58,352 nt of DNA from Candidatus Kerfeldbacteria bacterium. GTDB lineage: Bacteria; Patescibacteriota; Patescibacteriia; UBA9570; XYC2-FULL-38-9. The stretch covers positions 1-58,352 of the forward strand of contig JAHBAR020000015.1 in assembly GCA_018500015.2 (NCBI GenBank), read 5' to 3'. The notes under the pieces were generated by a model. The model saw only the letters and a list, made by a program, of their open reading frames with translations. It was not told the DNA's origin and did not search any database. A program made the translations under genes and the position numbers. Below are positions 40,361 to 49,153 of this stretch, piece by piece; position 1 is the stretch's first letter; each line of letters begins with the position of its first letter.

Positions 40361-41500
40361 ATGGAAGTAAAACCAGACATCGAGTCATTTGCAAAAATAC
40401 TCGTTATCGGAGTTGGAGGATCTGGCAATTCGGCGTTGAATAGAATGATTATGTCCGGCCTTAAGGACGTTGAGTTTTTGGCAATTAACACTGACGCTCA
40501 AGCATTGCATCACAGTCCGGCAAAAAATAAAATCCATATTGGCAAAACCACAACACGCGGTCTTGGTGCCGGCATGAATCCTGAAATTGGTATGAAGGCG
40601 GCGGAAGAGAATCAAGAAGAAATTCAAGATGCAATCAAAGGCGCTGACATGGTGTTTATCACCTGTGGTCTTGGTGGCGGCACCGGCTCAGGCGCTGCTC
40701 CGTATGTTGCGAAACTTGCAAAAGATGCCGGCGCACTTACTGTTGCTGTGGTTACAAAACCGTTTGAGTTTGAGGGTGCGCAACGTCGTAACATTGCTGA
40801 TGCTGCACTACGAGAATTGAGCGCAAATGTCGACACAATCATCACAATTCCAAACGATCGTCTTCTTCAAATCATCGACAAGAAGACATCTCTTCTTGAA
40901 GCCTTTGGTATTGTTGACGAAGTGTTACGCCAAGGTGTTCAAGGTATCTCCGATCTTATTACTGTGCCGGGTCTTATCAATGTTGATTTTGCTGATGTGA
41001 AATCTGTCATGCAAAATGCAGGCTCTGCACTCATGGGGATTGGTAAAGCCACCGGTGAGAATCGAGCAATTGAAGCTGCAAAGGCCGCTGTTGATAGTCC
41101 GCTACTTGAAATGTCCATTGATGGCGCTAAAGGCATCCTCTTCACCATTGCCGGTGGTGACAACCTCGGTATGTTTGAGGTTAATGAAGCTGCTCGCATC
41201 ATCACTGAATCTGCCGATCCAAATGCGCGCATTATCTTTGGCGCTGTTGTTGACGAGAAGATGAAAGACGAGATTCAGATTACAGTTGTTGCTACGGGTT
41301 TTGGTGATGTGCCACGTTCAACGCAAAAAATTCAAGCTACAAATCCTTTTCGTGATGTAGAAAGCATGAAGCCAGCCCCTCAGCAGCAAAAACCAGCTGT
41401 ACCATCTGCCCGTAACATTATGGCCGAAGAAAAGGTCGACAACACTCAAGAAGATGTTGACTTGGACATACCTGCATTTATTAGAAAGAAGATGATGTAA
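40361..41500 (+). CDS. ftsZ: Cell division protein FtsZ
   Basis: GGGTGSG tubulin motif, NVDFADV, C-terminal DIPAFIRKK. Alternative start at 40349. Confidence 0.98.
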   Translation: MEVKPDIESFAKILVIGVGGSGNSALNRMIMSGLKDVEFLAINTDAQALHHSPAKNKIHIGKTTTRGLGAGMNPEIGMKAAEENQEEIQDAIKGADMVFITCGLGGGTGSGAAPYVAKLAKDAGALTVAVVTKPFEFEGAQRRNIADAALRELSANVDTIITIPNDRLLQIIDKKTSLLEAFGIVDEVLRQGVQGISDLITVPGLINVDFADVKSVMQNAGSALMGIGKATGENRAIEAAKAAVDSPLLEMSIDGAKGILFTIAGGDNLGMFEVNEAARIITESADPNARIIFGAVVDEKMKDEIQITVVATGFGDVPRSTQKIQATNPFRDVESMKPAPQQQKPAVPSARNIMAEEKVDNTQEDVDLDIPAFIRKKMM

Positions 41501-41507
41501 TTTTTAT

Positions 41508-41536
41508 AAAAAAGCCCTCACAACGAGGGCTTTTTT
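41508..41536 (+). terminator. Intrinsic terminator
   Basis: AAAAAAGCCCTC-ACAAC-GAGGGCTTTTTT. Confidence 0.85.
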
Positions 41537-41567
41537 GTTATGAGTAAAAATGCTAGTATTGTTTTAT

Positions 41568-42035
41568 ATGCAATGCCCCGCGTGCCATGCTGAAGATACT
41601 CGTGTGATTGATACTCGCGTTATTGCTGAGGGTTCTGCAATTCGTAGGCGTCGTGAATGCTCAAAGTGCAGCTTTCGTTTTTCAACTATCGAAGAGATTG
41701 AGTTGCTCAGTTTGTCTGTGCGCAAAGTCACAGGAGCAGAAGAGCCGTATGACCGCGATAAGCTTGTGAATAGCATGAAGCTCGCTCTTGGTAAGCGACC
41801 AGTGACCTCCGAGCGTATCCGGCGTCTTGCGCATGCTATTGAGCAGGAAATTCAAACACTTGCGCACAACGACACCATAGAAACCAAAGAAATTGGCGCT
41901 CTGGTGATGAAACATCTTCGAAAGATTGATAAAGTTGGCTATATCAGGTACGCTTCAGTATATAAGTCATTCGACGATGTCTCGGCATTCGAAGATGAGC
42001 TCGAACACCTTACACCAAAGAAACGAAAAAAATAG
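41568..42035 (+). CDS. nrdR: Transcriptional repressor NrdR
   Basis: MQCPAC...RVIDTR...IRRRRECSKC.FRFSTIE Zn ribbon; ATP cone; YIRYASVY. Confidence 0.97.
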   Translation: MQCPACHAEDTRVIDTRVIAEGSAIRRRRECSKCSFRFSTIEEIELLSLSVRKVTGAEEPYDRDKLVNSMKLALGKRPVTSERIRRLAHAIEQEIQTLAHNDTIETKEIGALVMKHLRKIDKVGYIRYASVYKSFDDVSAFEDELEHLTPKKRKK

Positions 42036-42037
42036 AT

Positions 42038-42607
42038 ATGTATTGGCACAAACGACCACCGCATAAAGAATCTCACCCTCGCAAACGTCTAGGGCTTATT
42101 CATGTATATACTGGCGAAGGTAAAGGAAAAACAACCGCAGCGCTTGGTGTCGCGTTACGCGCAGCCGGCCATGATATGAAGGTGCTGATTATTCAGTTTA
42201 TTAAAGGTCATAAAGATTACGGCGAGATTTTGGTTACGCGTAAAATTCCTGACAATATTGAGATTGTACAGTTTGGTACGCCGGACATGACTGACTTTCA
42301 TGAGCCAAGCGCCATGGACACTTATTTGGCAGAGCAAGGGCTTGCCTATGCACGCAGAGCAATGGTGTATGATCGCCCGGACATTCTGGTTTTAGATGAG
42401 ATTAACGTTGCTGCAAAGCATAATCTCATTCCTATTCAAGAGGTTCTTGATTTTCTTGACCACAAGCATCAGGATACCGAAGTTATTTTGACAGGTCGTT
42501 TTGCACCAAAAGAATTTTTGAATGCTGCTGACTTGGTGACTGTGATGACCTCTAGTAAGGATCCGTATGATAAAGACTTCATCCCACGCCGAGGCGTAGA
42601 GCACTAG
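42038..42607 (+). CDS. cobO: Cob(I)alamin adenosyltransferase (CobO/BtuR/CobA type)
   Basis: GLIHVYTGEGKGKTTAALGVALRAAGH, LVLDEIN, EVILTGR, ADLVT.M. Confidence 0.93.
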   Translation: MYWHKRPPHKESHPRKRLGLIHVYTGEGKGKTTAALGVALRAAGHDMKVLIIQFIKGHKDYGEILVTRKIPDNIEIVQFGTPDMTDFHEPSAMDTYLAEQGLAYARRAMVYDRPDILVLDEINVAAKHNLIPIQEVLDFLDHKHQDTEVILTGRFAPKEFLNAADLVTVMTSSKDPYDKDFIPRRGVEH

Positions 42608-42810
42608 TTTTCGTTTTTCTCTGGCACACTGTCGCGGGCAAAGCCCGACGACCCTTCGATACGTCGTTCGCGAACGACGTATCTTCGGGCTTGTCCTTCG
42701 TCCTCAGGCTCTCTCGTGGAACAGAAGTACTGCTTCGCGGCCGACTGCGTCGGCATCGCTCGCCCTGCGGACTCCAGGACTGCGCATTGTGCTCAGGCAA
42801 AAGCGAAAAC
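42607..42810. repeat. Structured intergenic repeat, family R3 copy 4 (with 26-bp perfect palindrome)
   Basis: Outer stem GTTTTCGTTTT/AAAAGCGAAAAC; GACCCTTCG-palindrome-CTTCGGGCTTGT; palindrome at 42658-42683 identical to 15387-15412. Confidence 0.85.
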
Positions 42811-42819
42811 ATAAATTCA

Positions 42820-42961
42820 TGCCTATATATAGTGGTGTGTAAGAGAAAAGAGCGGGTTATCCACAGTTGGTTGATTTTGAGGATGTGTGATACAATCAGG
42901 TTCGGACCTTAAAAAACTATATATAGTTATGTATCCATCTATATACTACTATATATAGTGT
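42820..42961 (+). promoter_or_regulatory. nrdJ control region: three NrdR boxes (42820-42835, 42914-42929, 42946-42961), DnaA box (42857-42865), extended -10 (TGATACAAT, 42888-42896)
   Basis: TGCCTATATATAGTGG, AAACTATATATAGTTA and CTACTATATATAGTGT fit acaCwAtATaTwGtgt; the last two are 32 bp apart; exact TTATCCACA. Confidence 0.88.
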
Positions 42962-42997
42962 ACAACCGGATCTAAATATTATTACACTACCACGAAT

Positions 42998-45343
42998 ATG
43001 GCAGTTGACCTTACTGGCCTTCGTCAAAAAGTTTTTTTTGATCGCTATGCGCTCAAAGATGAAAATGGCAAACGTGTTGAAGACACTCCAGAGGAGATGT
43101 GGCATCGCGTTGCTCGCGGAATAGCGCAGATCGAAAAAACTCCAGCAAAGAAACAAGAGTGGGAAGAGAAGTTCTACGATGCTCTCTACAATTTTAAATT
43201 TGTCCCAGGTGGTCGTATTCTTGCTGGCGCAGGTTCGGGTGTTGAACTTACATTCTATAATTGCTACGTGATCCCGTCTCCGGAAGATAGCCGTCAGGGC
43301 ATTTTTGAATCTGTTCGTACTATGGTTGAAATCATGTCTCGTGGCGGCGGTGTCGGTGTCAACATCACCTCACTGCGTCCTCGTGGTGCGTACGTGAAAG
43401 GTGTGAACGGCACAGCATCTGGTGCTGTATCATTTGGTGGCCTCTACTCATTTGCAACCGGCTTGATCATTCAAGGTGGTTCACGTCGTGGCGCCCTCAT
43501 GCTCATGCTCAATGACGATCATCCAGATATTGAAGAGTTCATCACAGTCAAACGCACAATGGGTTTGATCACCAACGCGAATCTTTCCGTATGTGTTTCA
43601 GATCGCTTCATGGAAGCTGTTGAAAAAGATGGTGACTGGGACTTGCAATGGGGCGGAAAAGTGTATCGCACCATTAAAGCTCGTAAGCTTTGGGATTTGA
43701 TTTGCGAATCTGCGCATGCTTCAGGTGAGCCGGGCTTGGTATTTATGGAGCGCTACAATAAAGAGTCCAACTCGTGGTATTTTGAAAATATCATCTCTGT
43801 AAATCCTTGTGGTGAACAAGGTCTCCCAGCGTGGGGTGTGTGTAACTTAGGCGCAATCAACCTTGCTGCATTTGTCTCCAACAAGACGTTAGATCGCGAA
43901 GGACTCAAAGAAACTGTTCGTACTTCAATTCGTTTCCTCGACAACGTAGTTGATTCAACCCCATACTTTTTCAAAGAAAACGAAAAAGCGCAGATGAAAA
44001 TTCGCCGCACAGGCCTTGGCACAATGGGTCTTGCTGACGCGCTCATCAAAATGGAATTGACCTACGGTTCTGATGAAGCAATCGCATGGTGCGAAGAGGT
44101 CTATCAACTCATTCGCGACGAAGCGTATCGTATGTCGATGGAAATTGCCAAAGAGAAAGGTCCGTTCCCAGCATTCGACTCTGAAAAATTCATGCAAGGT
44201 AAATTCATTCAACGCTTGCCGGGTGATTTACAAAAAGAAATCGCAAAATACGGTGTGCGCAACGGCGTGATTTTGACTCAGGCACCAACAGGCACCACAA
44301 GCTTGCTCTCGGGTGTCAGCTCTGGCATCGAACCTGTCTACGACTTTGCGTTCAAACGTAAAGATCGTTTGGGTGAGCACATCGTTTACCATCCATTATT
44401 CGAAGAGTGGAAAAAAGCAAACCCAGAAAAATCTGACGATCAGAAGCCGGCATACTTTACCTCTGCAAAAGAGTTGTCTCCAATGGGGCATGTAAAGATG
44501 CAAGCTGTTGCACAGAAGTATACTGACTCTTCTATTTCAAAAACTGTCAACGCTCCAAATGAGCACACCATGAAAGAGGTGCAAGAGCTCTACATGCAGG
44601 CGTACAAACTCGGTTGCAAAGGCGTGACATACTATCGTGATGGTTCTCGCGACATCTCTGTACTTGAGTCGCTCGACAGCAAAGGCAAGGATAAGAAAGC
44701 AGAAGCAACAGCTCCAGCACAAGCTGCAGGCACGTTGCCTCCAGCACCTCGTATGCGCCCTGACGCTGTTCCGGGGATGACGTACAAAATCAAGACCGGC
44801 TACGGTACGATGTATGTTACCATCAATCACGACGATCAAGGCCAACCGTTTGAGGTGTTTGCAACAATCGGGAAAGCCGGCGGCTTCTTCGCTGAAGAGT
44901 CTGAAGCAATCTGCCGACTTGTCTCTCTCTCACTCCGCTCCGGCATCGCTGTCGAAACCGTTATCGAACAGATCCGTGGTATCCGTGGCCCAATGCCATC
45001 ATGGGGCAAGAACGGCCAGATTCTCTCCGTGCCAGACGCAATCGCTCAGGTGCTTGCAGAACACATGAAGTCCACTCAAGGTAAACTCAGTTTGCAGTTC
45101 GGGGAATCTTCAATGCAATCTCAGCTCCAAGCAGGTTCAACAGAGGTGCTGATTAAGACAGAGCAGACTGAGAAAGTGACTGTCGAAACACATACGACCG
45201 TTCCAACTCCGTCAAAAAAAGCATCTTCAATGTCAATTGCTGACATTGGCGTTGCTCCTGGATGTCCAGATTGCGGCTCAATGCTCGCGATGGCAGAAGG
45301 GTGTATGATGTGTCACTCCTGCGGCTATTCCAAATGCTCATAG
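42998..45343 (+). CDS. nrdJ: Adenosylcobalamin-dependent (class II) ribonucleotide reductase
   Basis: NPCGEQ active site, QGGSRRGA, APTGTTS, DSSISKTVN, YRDGSR; C-terminal TSCPD domain and Zn ribbon; no beta subunit gene nearby. Confidence 0.95.
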   Translation: MAVDLTGLRQKVFFDRYALKDENGKRVEDTPEEMWHRVARGIAQIEKTPAKKQEWEEKFYDALYNFKFVPGGRILAGAGSGVELTFYNCYVIPSPEDSRQGIFESVRTMVEIMSRGGGVGVNITSLRPRGAYVKGVNGTASGAVSFGGLYSFATGLIIQGGSRRGALMLMLNDDHPDIEEFITVKRTMGLITNANLSVCVSDRFMEAVEKDGDWDLQWGGKVYRTIKARKLWDLICESAHASGEPGLVFMERYNKESNSWYFENIISVNPCGEQGLPAWGVCNLGAINLAAFVSNKTLDREGLKETVRTSIRFLDNVVDSTPYFFKENEKAQMKIRRTGLGTMGLADALIKMELTYGSDEAIAWCEEVYQLIRDEAYRMSMEIAKEKGPFPAFDSEKFMQGKFIQRLPGDLQKEIAKYGVRNGVILTQAPTGTTSLLSGVSSGIEPVYDFAFKRKDRLGEHIVYHPLFEEWKKANPEKSDDQKPAYFTSAKELSPMGHVKMQAVAQKYTDSSISKTVNAPNEHTMKEVQELYMQAYKLGCKGVTYYRDGSRDISVLESLDSKGKDKKAEATAPAQAAGTLPPAPRMRPDAVPGMTYKIKTGYGTMYVTINHDDQGQPFEVFATIGKAGGFFAEESEAICRLVSLSLRSGIAVETVIEQIRGIRGPMPSWGKNGQILSVPDAIAQVLAEHMKSTQGKLSLQFGESSMQSQLQAGSTEVLIKTEQTEKVTVETHTTVPTPSKKASSMSIADIGVAPGCPDCGSMLAMAEGCMMCHSCGYSKCS

Positions 45344-45370
45344 TCGTAAATCATTCTCTGGTTTTTAAGG

Positions 45371-45397
45371 AAGAGCCTCGAAAAAACGAGGCTCTTT
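45371..45397 (+). terminator. Intrinsic terminator after nrdJ
   Basis: AAGAGCCTCG-AAAAAA-CGAGGCTCTTT. Confidence 0.75.
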
Positions 45398-45403
45398 AAT
45401 ATT

Positions 45404-45493
45404 CACGCGGGTCCTGCCGCACTACGCACCCCGTCCGTACTCGTCGCAAGCGACTCCGTGCGGCCAGGGTCCCTGCTCCGGCGTCACCCGCTG
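45404..45493. repeat. Family R2 copy 3 (inverted)
   Basis: Reverse complement of the 11528 and 23890 copies. Confidence 0.92.
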
Positions 45494-45503
45494 CGCATCT
45501 GTG

Positions 45504-45623
45504 AAGTGAGCGGGTGGCACCGATGCGGGTTCCCTAGACGAAGCGCAGCCTCACGTCAGCATGCCAATGACGTGAAGGCGAGCACGGCTAGGGAAGCATC
45601 GGTGACAGGACCCGCCATCACTT
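45504..45623. repeat. Diverged family R2 copy 4 with extended apical hairpin
   Basis: GCGGGTG...CCCT...CGCAGCC[TCACGTCA-N9-TGACGTGA]..GGCGAG.ACGG...CAGGACCCGC aligns with R2. Confidence 0.7.
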
Positions 45624-45673
45624 TGACACTCCTTGAAAAAAATGAGAGTATAGCTAAGAAATATAATGCTTTT

Positions 45674-46243
45674 ATGAATATCACTTTTTCACGTAAGACT
45701 ATCATTACCGCAATACTTTTGGTTAGTTTCGGGGTTATTGGACGCATGCTCACCGAAGATATGCCAAATATCGAAACGGTCACTGTCGCCACCGTTCTTG
45801 CCGCAGCTTTGCTCGGTGGACCTTGGGGGGCAATTGTTGGCCTCGTCACTGTTGCAGCATCTGATATCATCATCGGCAATACCAACATCTTGCTCTATAC
45901 ATGGAGTGGTTGGGTCATCGTCGGCGCTGTTGCGCTCATCGTGCGTTATCGTGGGCAACATCTTCCAAAAGCGTTACTGCAACTTACTGGAGCGGGTTTG
46001 CTCGGTAACGTTGCGTTCTTTGTGTGGACAAACTTTGGTGTGTGGCACATCGGCGAACTGTATCCGCATACATTTACAGGGTTGGTTGATTGCTACATTG
46101 CAGCAATTCCTTTCTTTCGTACACAACTATTGAGCACGTTGATTTTCGTCCCAACAATTTCTACCATCGCCCTTGCGCTCTGGAACCGTTCAGCAGTGTT
46201 AGCACCTCAAGCCTCTACCGCTGCATATGCAGGGAAGAGATAA
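45674..46243 (+). CDS. ECF S-component-like membrane transporter (DUF6580/CbrT-like), probable cobalamin uptake
   Basis: About 6 TM; PNIETVT, FFVWTNFGVW...YPHTFTGLVDCYIAAIPFF; next to nrdJ and cobO. Confidence 0.7.
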   Translation: MNITFSRKTIITAILLVSFGVIGRMLTEDMPNIETVTVATVLAAALLGGPWGAIVGLVTVAASDIIIGNTNILLYTWSGWVIVGAVALIVRYRGQHLPKALLQLTGAGLLGNVAFFVWTNFGVWHIGELYPHTFTGLVDCYIAAIPFFRTQLLSTLIFVPTISTIALALWNRSAVLAPQASTAAYAGKR

Positions 46244-46520
46244 TCAGATCAATGACACACTGAGCTTGGAGGAGCAGAATCATTTGCTCTTGCAAGAGAC
46301 ATTGAAAATTGTTCGTAAATTGCATCGCATCCACATGATACAAATGATCTGTACACTTGTATTCGTTGTTCTGCCAATTGTTGCAAGTATTGCATTCTTG
46401 CCAAGCATGCTGCGTTCGTTGTCTGCGGCAATCGAAAACGTTACGAATCCGCAAACGAGCGCAGAGCAGCAAGATCAACTCAACTCATTGCTTAATCAAA
46501 TTCAAGGTTTTCAAAAATAA
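46227..46520 (+). CDS. Small single-TM hypothetical protein
   Basis: Coupled ORF with a central hydrophobic helix. Confidence 0.65.
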   Translation: MQGRDNQINDTLSLEEQNHLLLQETLKIVRKLHRIHMIQMICTLVFVVLPIVASIAFLPSMLRSLSAAIENVTNPQTSAEQQDQLNSLLNQIQGFQK

Positions 46521-46521
46521 T

Positions 46522-46791
46522 ATGGAGATGAAAGTTACAATGGACACCATTCTTGGCGAGCTCCTCGAAGAGTATCCTGACACGGAATTTGTTCTCAAAA
46601 AATATTTGGGTGAAGCATATTGTTTATCATGTCCGGGAAAAATGTTTGACACCGTTGGGAATGGTGCCATGCTTCATGGCATGAGCGACGAAGAGTCTGC
46701 AAACATGCTTGTCGATTTGCAAGAGTGCGTTGATCAGTATGAAAAACAAAGAGAAGGGCAGGTGCCTGCATCTCATCCCGCAGACGAGTAG
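46522..46791 (+). CDS. DUF1858-like small Cys-containing protein
   Basis: VTMDTILGELLEEYPD...CLSCP...HGMS pattern. Confidence 0.72.
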   Translation: MEMKVTMDTILGELLEEYPDTEFVLKKYLGEAYCLSCPGKMFDTVGNGAMLHGMSDEESANMLVDLQECVDQYEKQREGQVPASHPADE

Positions 46792-46812
46792 ATATTCAAC
46801 TATTAAGCATAG

Positions 46813-46842
46813 TTGACTTAAAAATATACACAGGAGTATACT
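46813..46842 (+). promoter_or_regulatory. Sigma70 promoter for htrA
   Basis: TTGACT-18 nt-TATACT. Confidence 0.55.
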
Positions 46843-46874
46843 GAGTAAAATTTTAGATATATACACTAAAAGAT

Positions 46875-47993
46875 ATGTCACCAAAAAATCTACTTGCGTT
46901 TGCCGTAATTGTTTCGTTTGTTGCTGGCAGTGTTGGCGGCATGATGAGCGGGGTTGTCGCTACAACAGCTTTTTTAAAGCACAATAGTGGTATTGTCGCA
47001 ACGAACAATCCAACACAGACTACTCAGCTCGTTGTGGAAGAAGAGTCTAGTACTACTCAGGTTGTGAAAGATGCAGAAAAATCCATTGTTTCAGTTATTA
47101 TTAGCAAAGATGTTTCCGCAGTGCAGCAGGAAGTCGAAATTTGCAGCGGCACAGGGTTTGTGATTTCTGAAGATGGCATGATTCTCACGAATAAGCATGT
47201 GATCTGTGATGATTTAGCGAGGTATTCAGTGTCATTCTCAGACGGTGCCACGCATGAGGCAACAGTGCTTGATACAGATCCGCTTTCTGACATTGCTATT
47301 TTGAAGGTTGATGCAACCGAACTTACTCCTTTCACGCCAATACAACTTGGTGATTCCACAACACTCATACAAGGACAAGCGGTTATTGCCATTGGTAATG
47401 CGCTTGGTGAATTCCAGAACACCGTAACTAAAGGTGTGATTTCTGGTTTAAATCGTGATCTCGGCGGCAATTACACAGATCTTATTCAAACAGATGCAGC
47501 AATTAATGAAGGCAACTCTGGCGGCCCACTGATTGATCTTGAAGGCAATGTTGTTGGCATTAATACGGCAATTCGTCGTGATTCCAACGCTGAAGGTTTG
47601 GGGTTTGCAATTCCAATCAATGAAGCGAAGGTGGCTATTGATAGTATCAAAGCTGAGGGGCATATTGTCCGACCGGCGCTTGGTGTACGTTACCAACCAA
47701 TCAATGCGTATTTTGCACAGCTCAACTCTTTGCCATACAGTTACGGCGCATATATTCATAGTGGAGATCCAAGTCAACCCGCAGTCATTCCTGGTGGCAG
47801 CGCTTACAACGCCGGCATCAAAGATGGAGACATCATTTTGGAAATTGATGGAATACTAGTTGACGAAGATCATCCGCTCGCAAGCACCGTCAAGTCGCAT
47901 GCGCTTGGTGATGTGTTGATCTTGAAGATATACGACGGCACTGCAGAAAAAGATGTGCAAGTGACATTGATTGAGCTTCCATCAGACGAATAA
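46875..47993 (+). CDS. htrA: HtrA/DegP-like serine protease with one PDZ domain
   Basis: LTNKHV, DIAILK, IQTDAAINEGNSGGPL. Confidence 0.93.
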   Translation: MSPKNLLAFAVIVSFVAGSVGGMMSGVVATTAFLKHNSGIVATNNPTQTTQLVVEEESSTTQVVKDAEKSIVSVIISKDVSAVQQEVEICSGTGFVISEDGMILTNKHVICDDLARYSVSFSDGATHEATVLDTDPLSDIAILKVDATELTPFTPIQLGDSTTLIQGQAVIAIGNALGEFQNTVTKGVISGLNRDLGGNYTDLIQTDAAINEGNSGGPLIDLEGNVVGINTAIRRDSNAEGLGFAIPINEAKVAIDSIKAEGHIVRPALGVRYQPINAYFAQLNSLPYSYGAYIHSGDPSQPAVIPGGSAYNAGIKDGDIILEIDGILVDEDHPLASTVKSHALGDVLILKIYDGTAEKDVQVTLIELPSDE

Positions 47994-47997
47994 ACAC

Positions 47998-48020
47998 AAG
48001 CGCCACTGAGTGGCGCTTTT
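47998..48020 (+). terminator. Intrinsic terminator
   Basis: AAGCGCCAC-TGA-GTGGCGCTTTT. Confidence 0.8.
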
Positions 48021-48050
48021 CTGCATTTTTGGTAGTATGCACGGTACATT

Positions 48051-49139
48051 ATGGACGTTCAAGAGATTCAGGATTTAGAGTCACGCATACAGAGCACCTG
48101 TACGCTTTTGCATATCGCAGACAAGCGTGCAGAAGCTGCCATATTGCAAAAAAAAACAGAGTCACCAGATTTTTGGAACGATCCACATCAAGCTCGCATT
48201 ATTGCGCAAAATGTGAGCGAATTGCAAAAAGAAATTGTCGCGTGGGATGATCTGCTTGCGCGTACTCACGAAGCGCAAGAGTTACTCCAGATGGCACAAA
48301 GTGAGAACGATTCTGGTATGCTTCTTGATATTGAAAAAAATGTTGATCAGCTGCGCAAGCAATTTTCTGAGATGGAATTTTATGTATTGCTTTCTCAGCA
48401 ATATGATCTCAACGATGCGATTGTTTCGATTCACGCAGGTGCAGGTGGTGCCGATGCGCAAGATTGGACCGAGATGTTGTATCGTATGATAACCCGTTTT
48501 GCTGAACGCAAACAGTTTCACATCGAAGTGGTTGATTATTCGCGCGGGCAAGAAGCTGGCGTGAAGAACGCGCTCATTCGTATTCATGGTCGGTATGCGT
48601 ACGGTCATCTGCGTTCTGAACACGGCGTGCATCGCCTCGTGCGTCAATCACCATTCAATGCCGATGCGTTGCGCCAAACATCATTTGCGATGATCGAGGT
48701 GGTTCCAGATTTGGGTGAAGTGTCTGATATCGAAGTTCCAGAGTCGGATTTACGCATCGACGTATTCCGTTCTGGCGGCAAGGGCGGACAATCGGTGAAC
48801 ACTACAGACTCCGCAGTGCGCATTGTTCACATTCCAACCGGTATCACTGTTGTGTGTCAAAATGAAAAATCTCAACATCAAAATAAAGCATCAGCGCTCA
48901 GTATTTTAAAAGGTCGTTTGCTTAAAAAACGTCTCGACGAACAAGATGCGGAGCGTCGTCGCCTTCGTGGCGAACACGTTTCTGCAGAGTGGGGAAGTCA
49001 GATTCGTTCCTATGTGCTTCATCCATACAAAATGGTAAAAGATCATCGTACACATTTTGAAGTCTCTGATCCTGATCGTATCCTTGACGGTGATCTTCAA
49101 GAATTTGTCGAAAGTTACTTGCGTTGGAGCGCCGAATAA
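48051..49139 (+). CDS. prfB: Peptide chain release factor 2 (no frameshift)
   Basis: SPF anticodon-mimic motif, GGQ, WGSQIRSYVLHPY; single open frame. Confidence 0.96.
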   Translation: MDVQEIQDLESRIQSTCTLLHIADKRAEAAILQKKTESPDFWNDPHQARIIAQNVSELQKEIVAWDDLLARTHEAQELLQMAQSENDSGMLLDIEKNVDQLRKQFSEMEFYVLLSQQYDLNDAIVSIHAGAGGADAQDWTEMLYRMITRFAERKQFHIEVVDYSRGQEAGVKNALIRIHGRYAYGHLRSEHGVHRLVRQSPFNADALRQTSFAMIEVVPDLGEVSDIEVPESDLRIDVFRSGGKGGQSVNTTDSAVRIVHIPTGITVVCQNEKSQHQNKASALSILKGRLLKKRLDEQDAERRRLRGEHVSAEWGSQIRSYVLHPYKMVKDHRTHFEVSDPDRILDGDLQEFVESYLRWSAE

Positions 49140-49153
49140 TTGATACTACGTAT

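Noticed and set aside
42998..45343. Intein or intron in nrdJ
   Set aside because: The RNR motifs are contiguous at normal length; no splicing or homing-endonuclease motifs.
45344..45673. Cobalamin riboswitch ahead of the putative B12 transporter
   Set aside because: The region is explained by a terminator and two R2 repeats; apart from an isolated AGGGAA there is no B12-box or other conserved riboswitch core.
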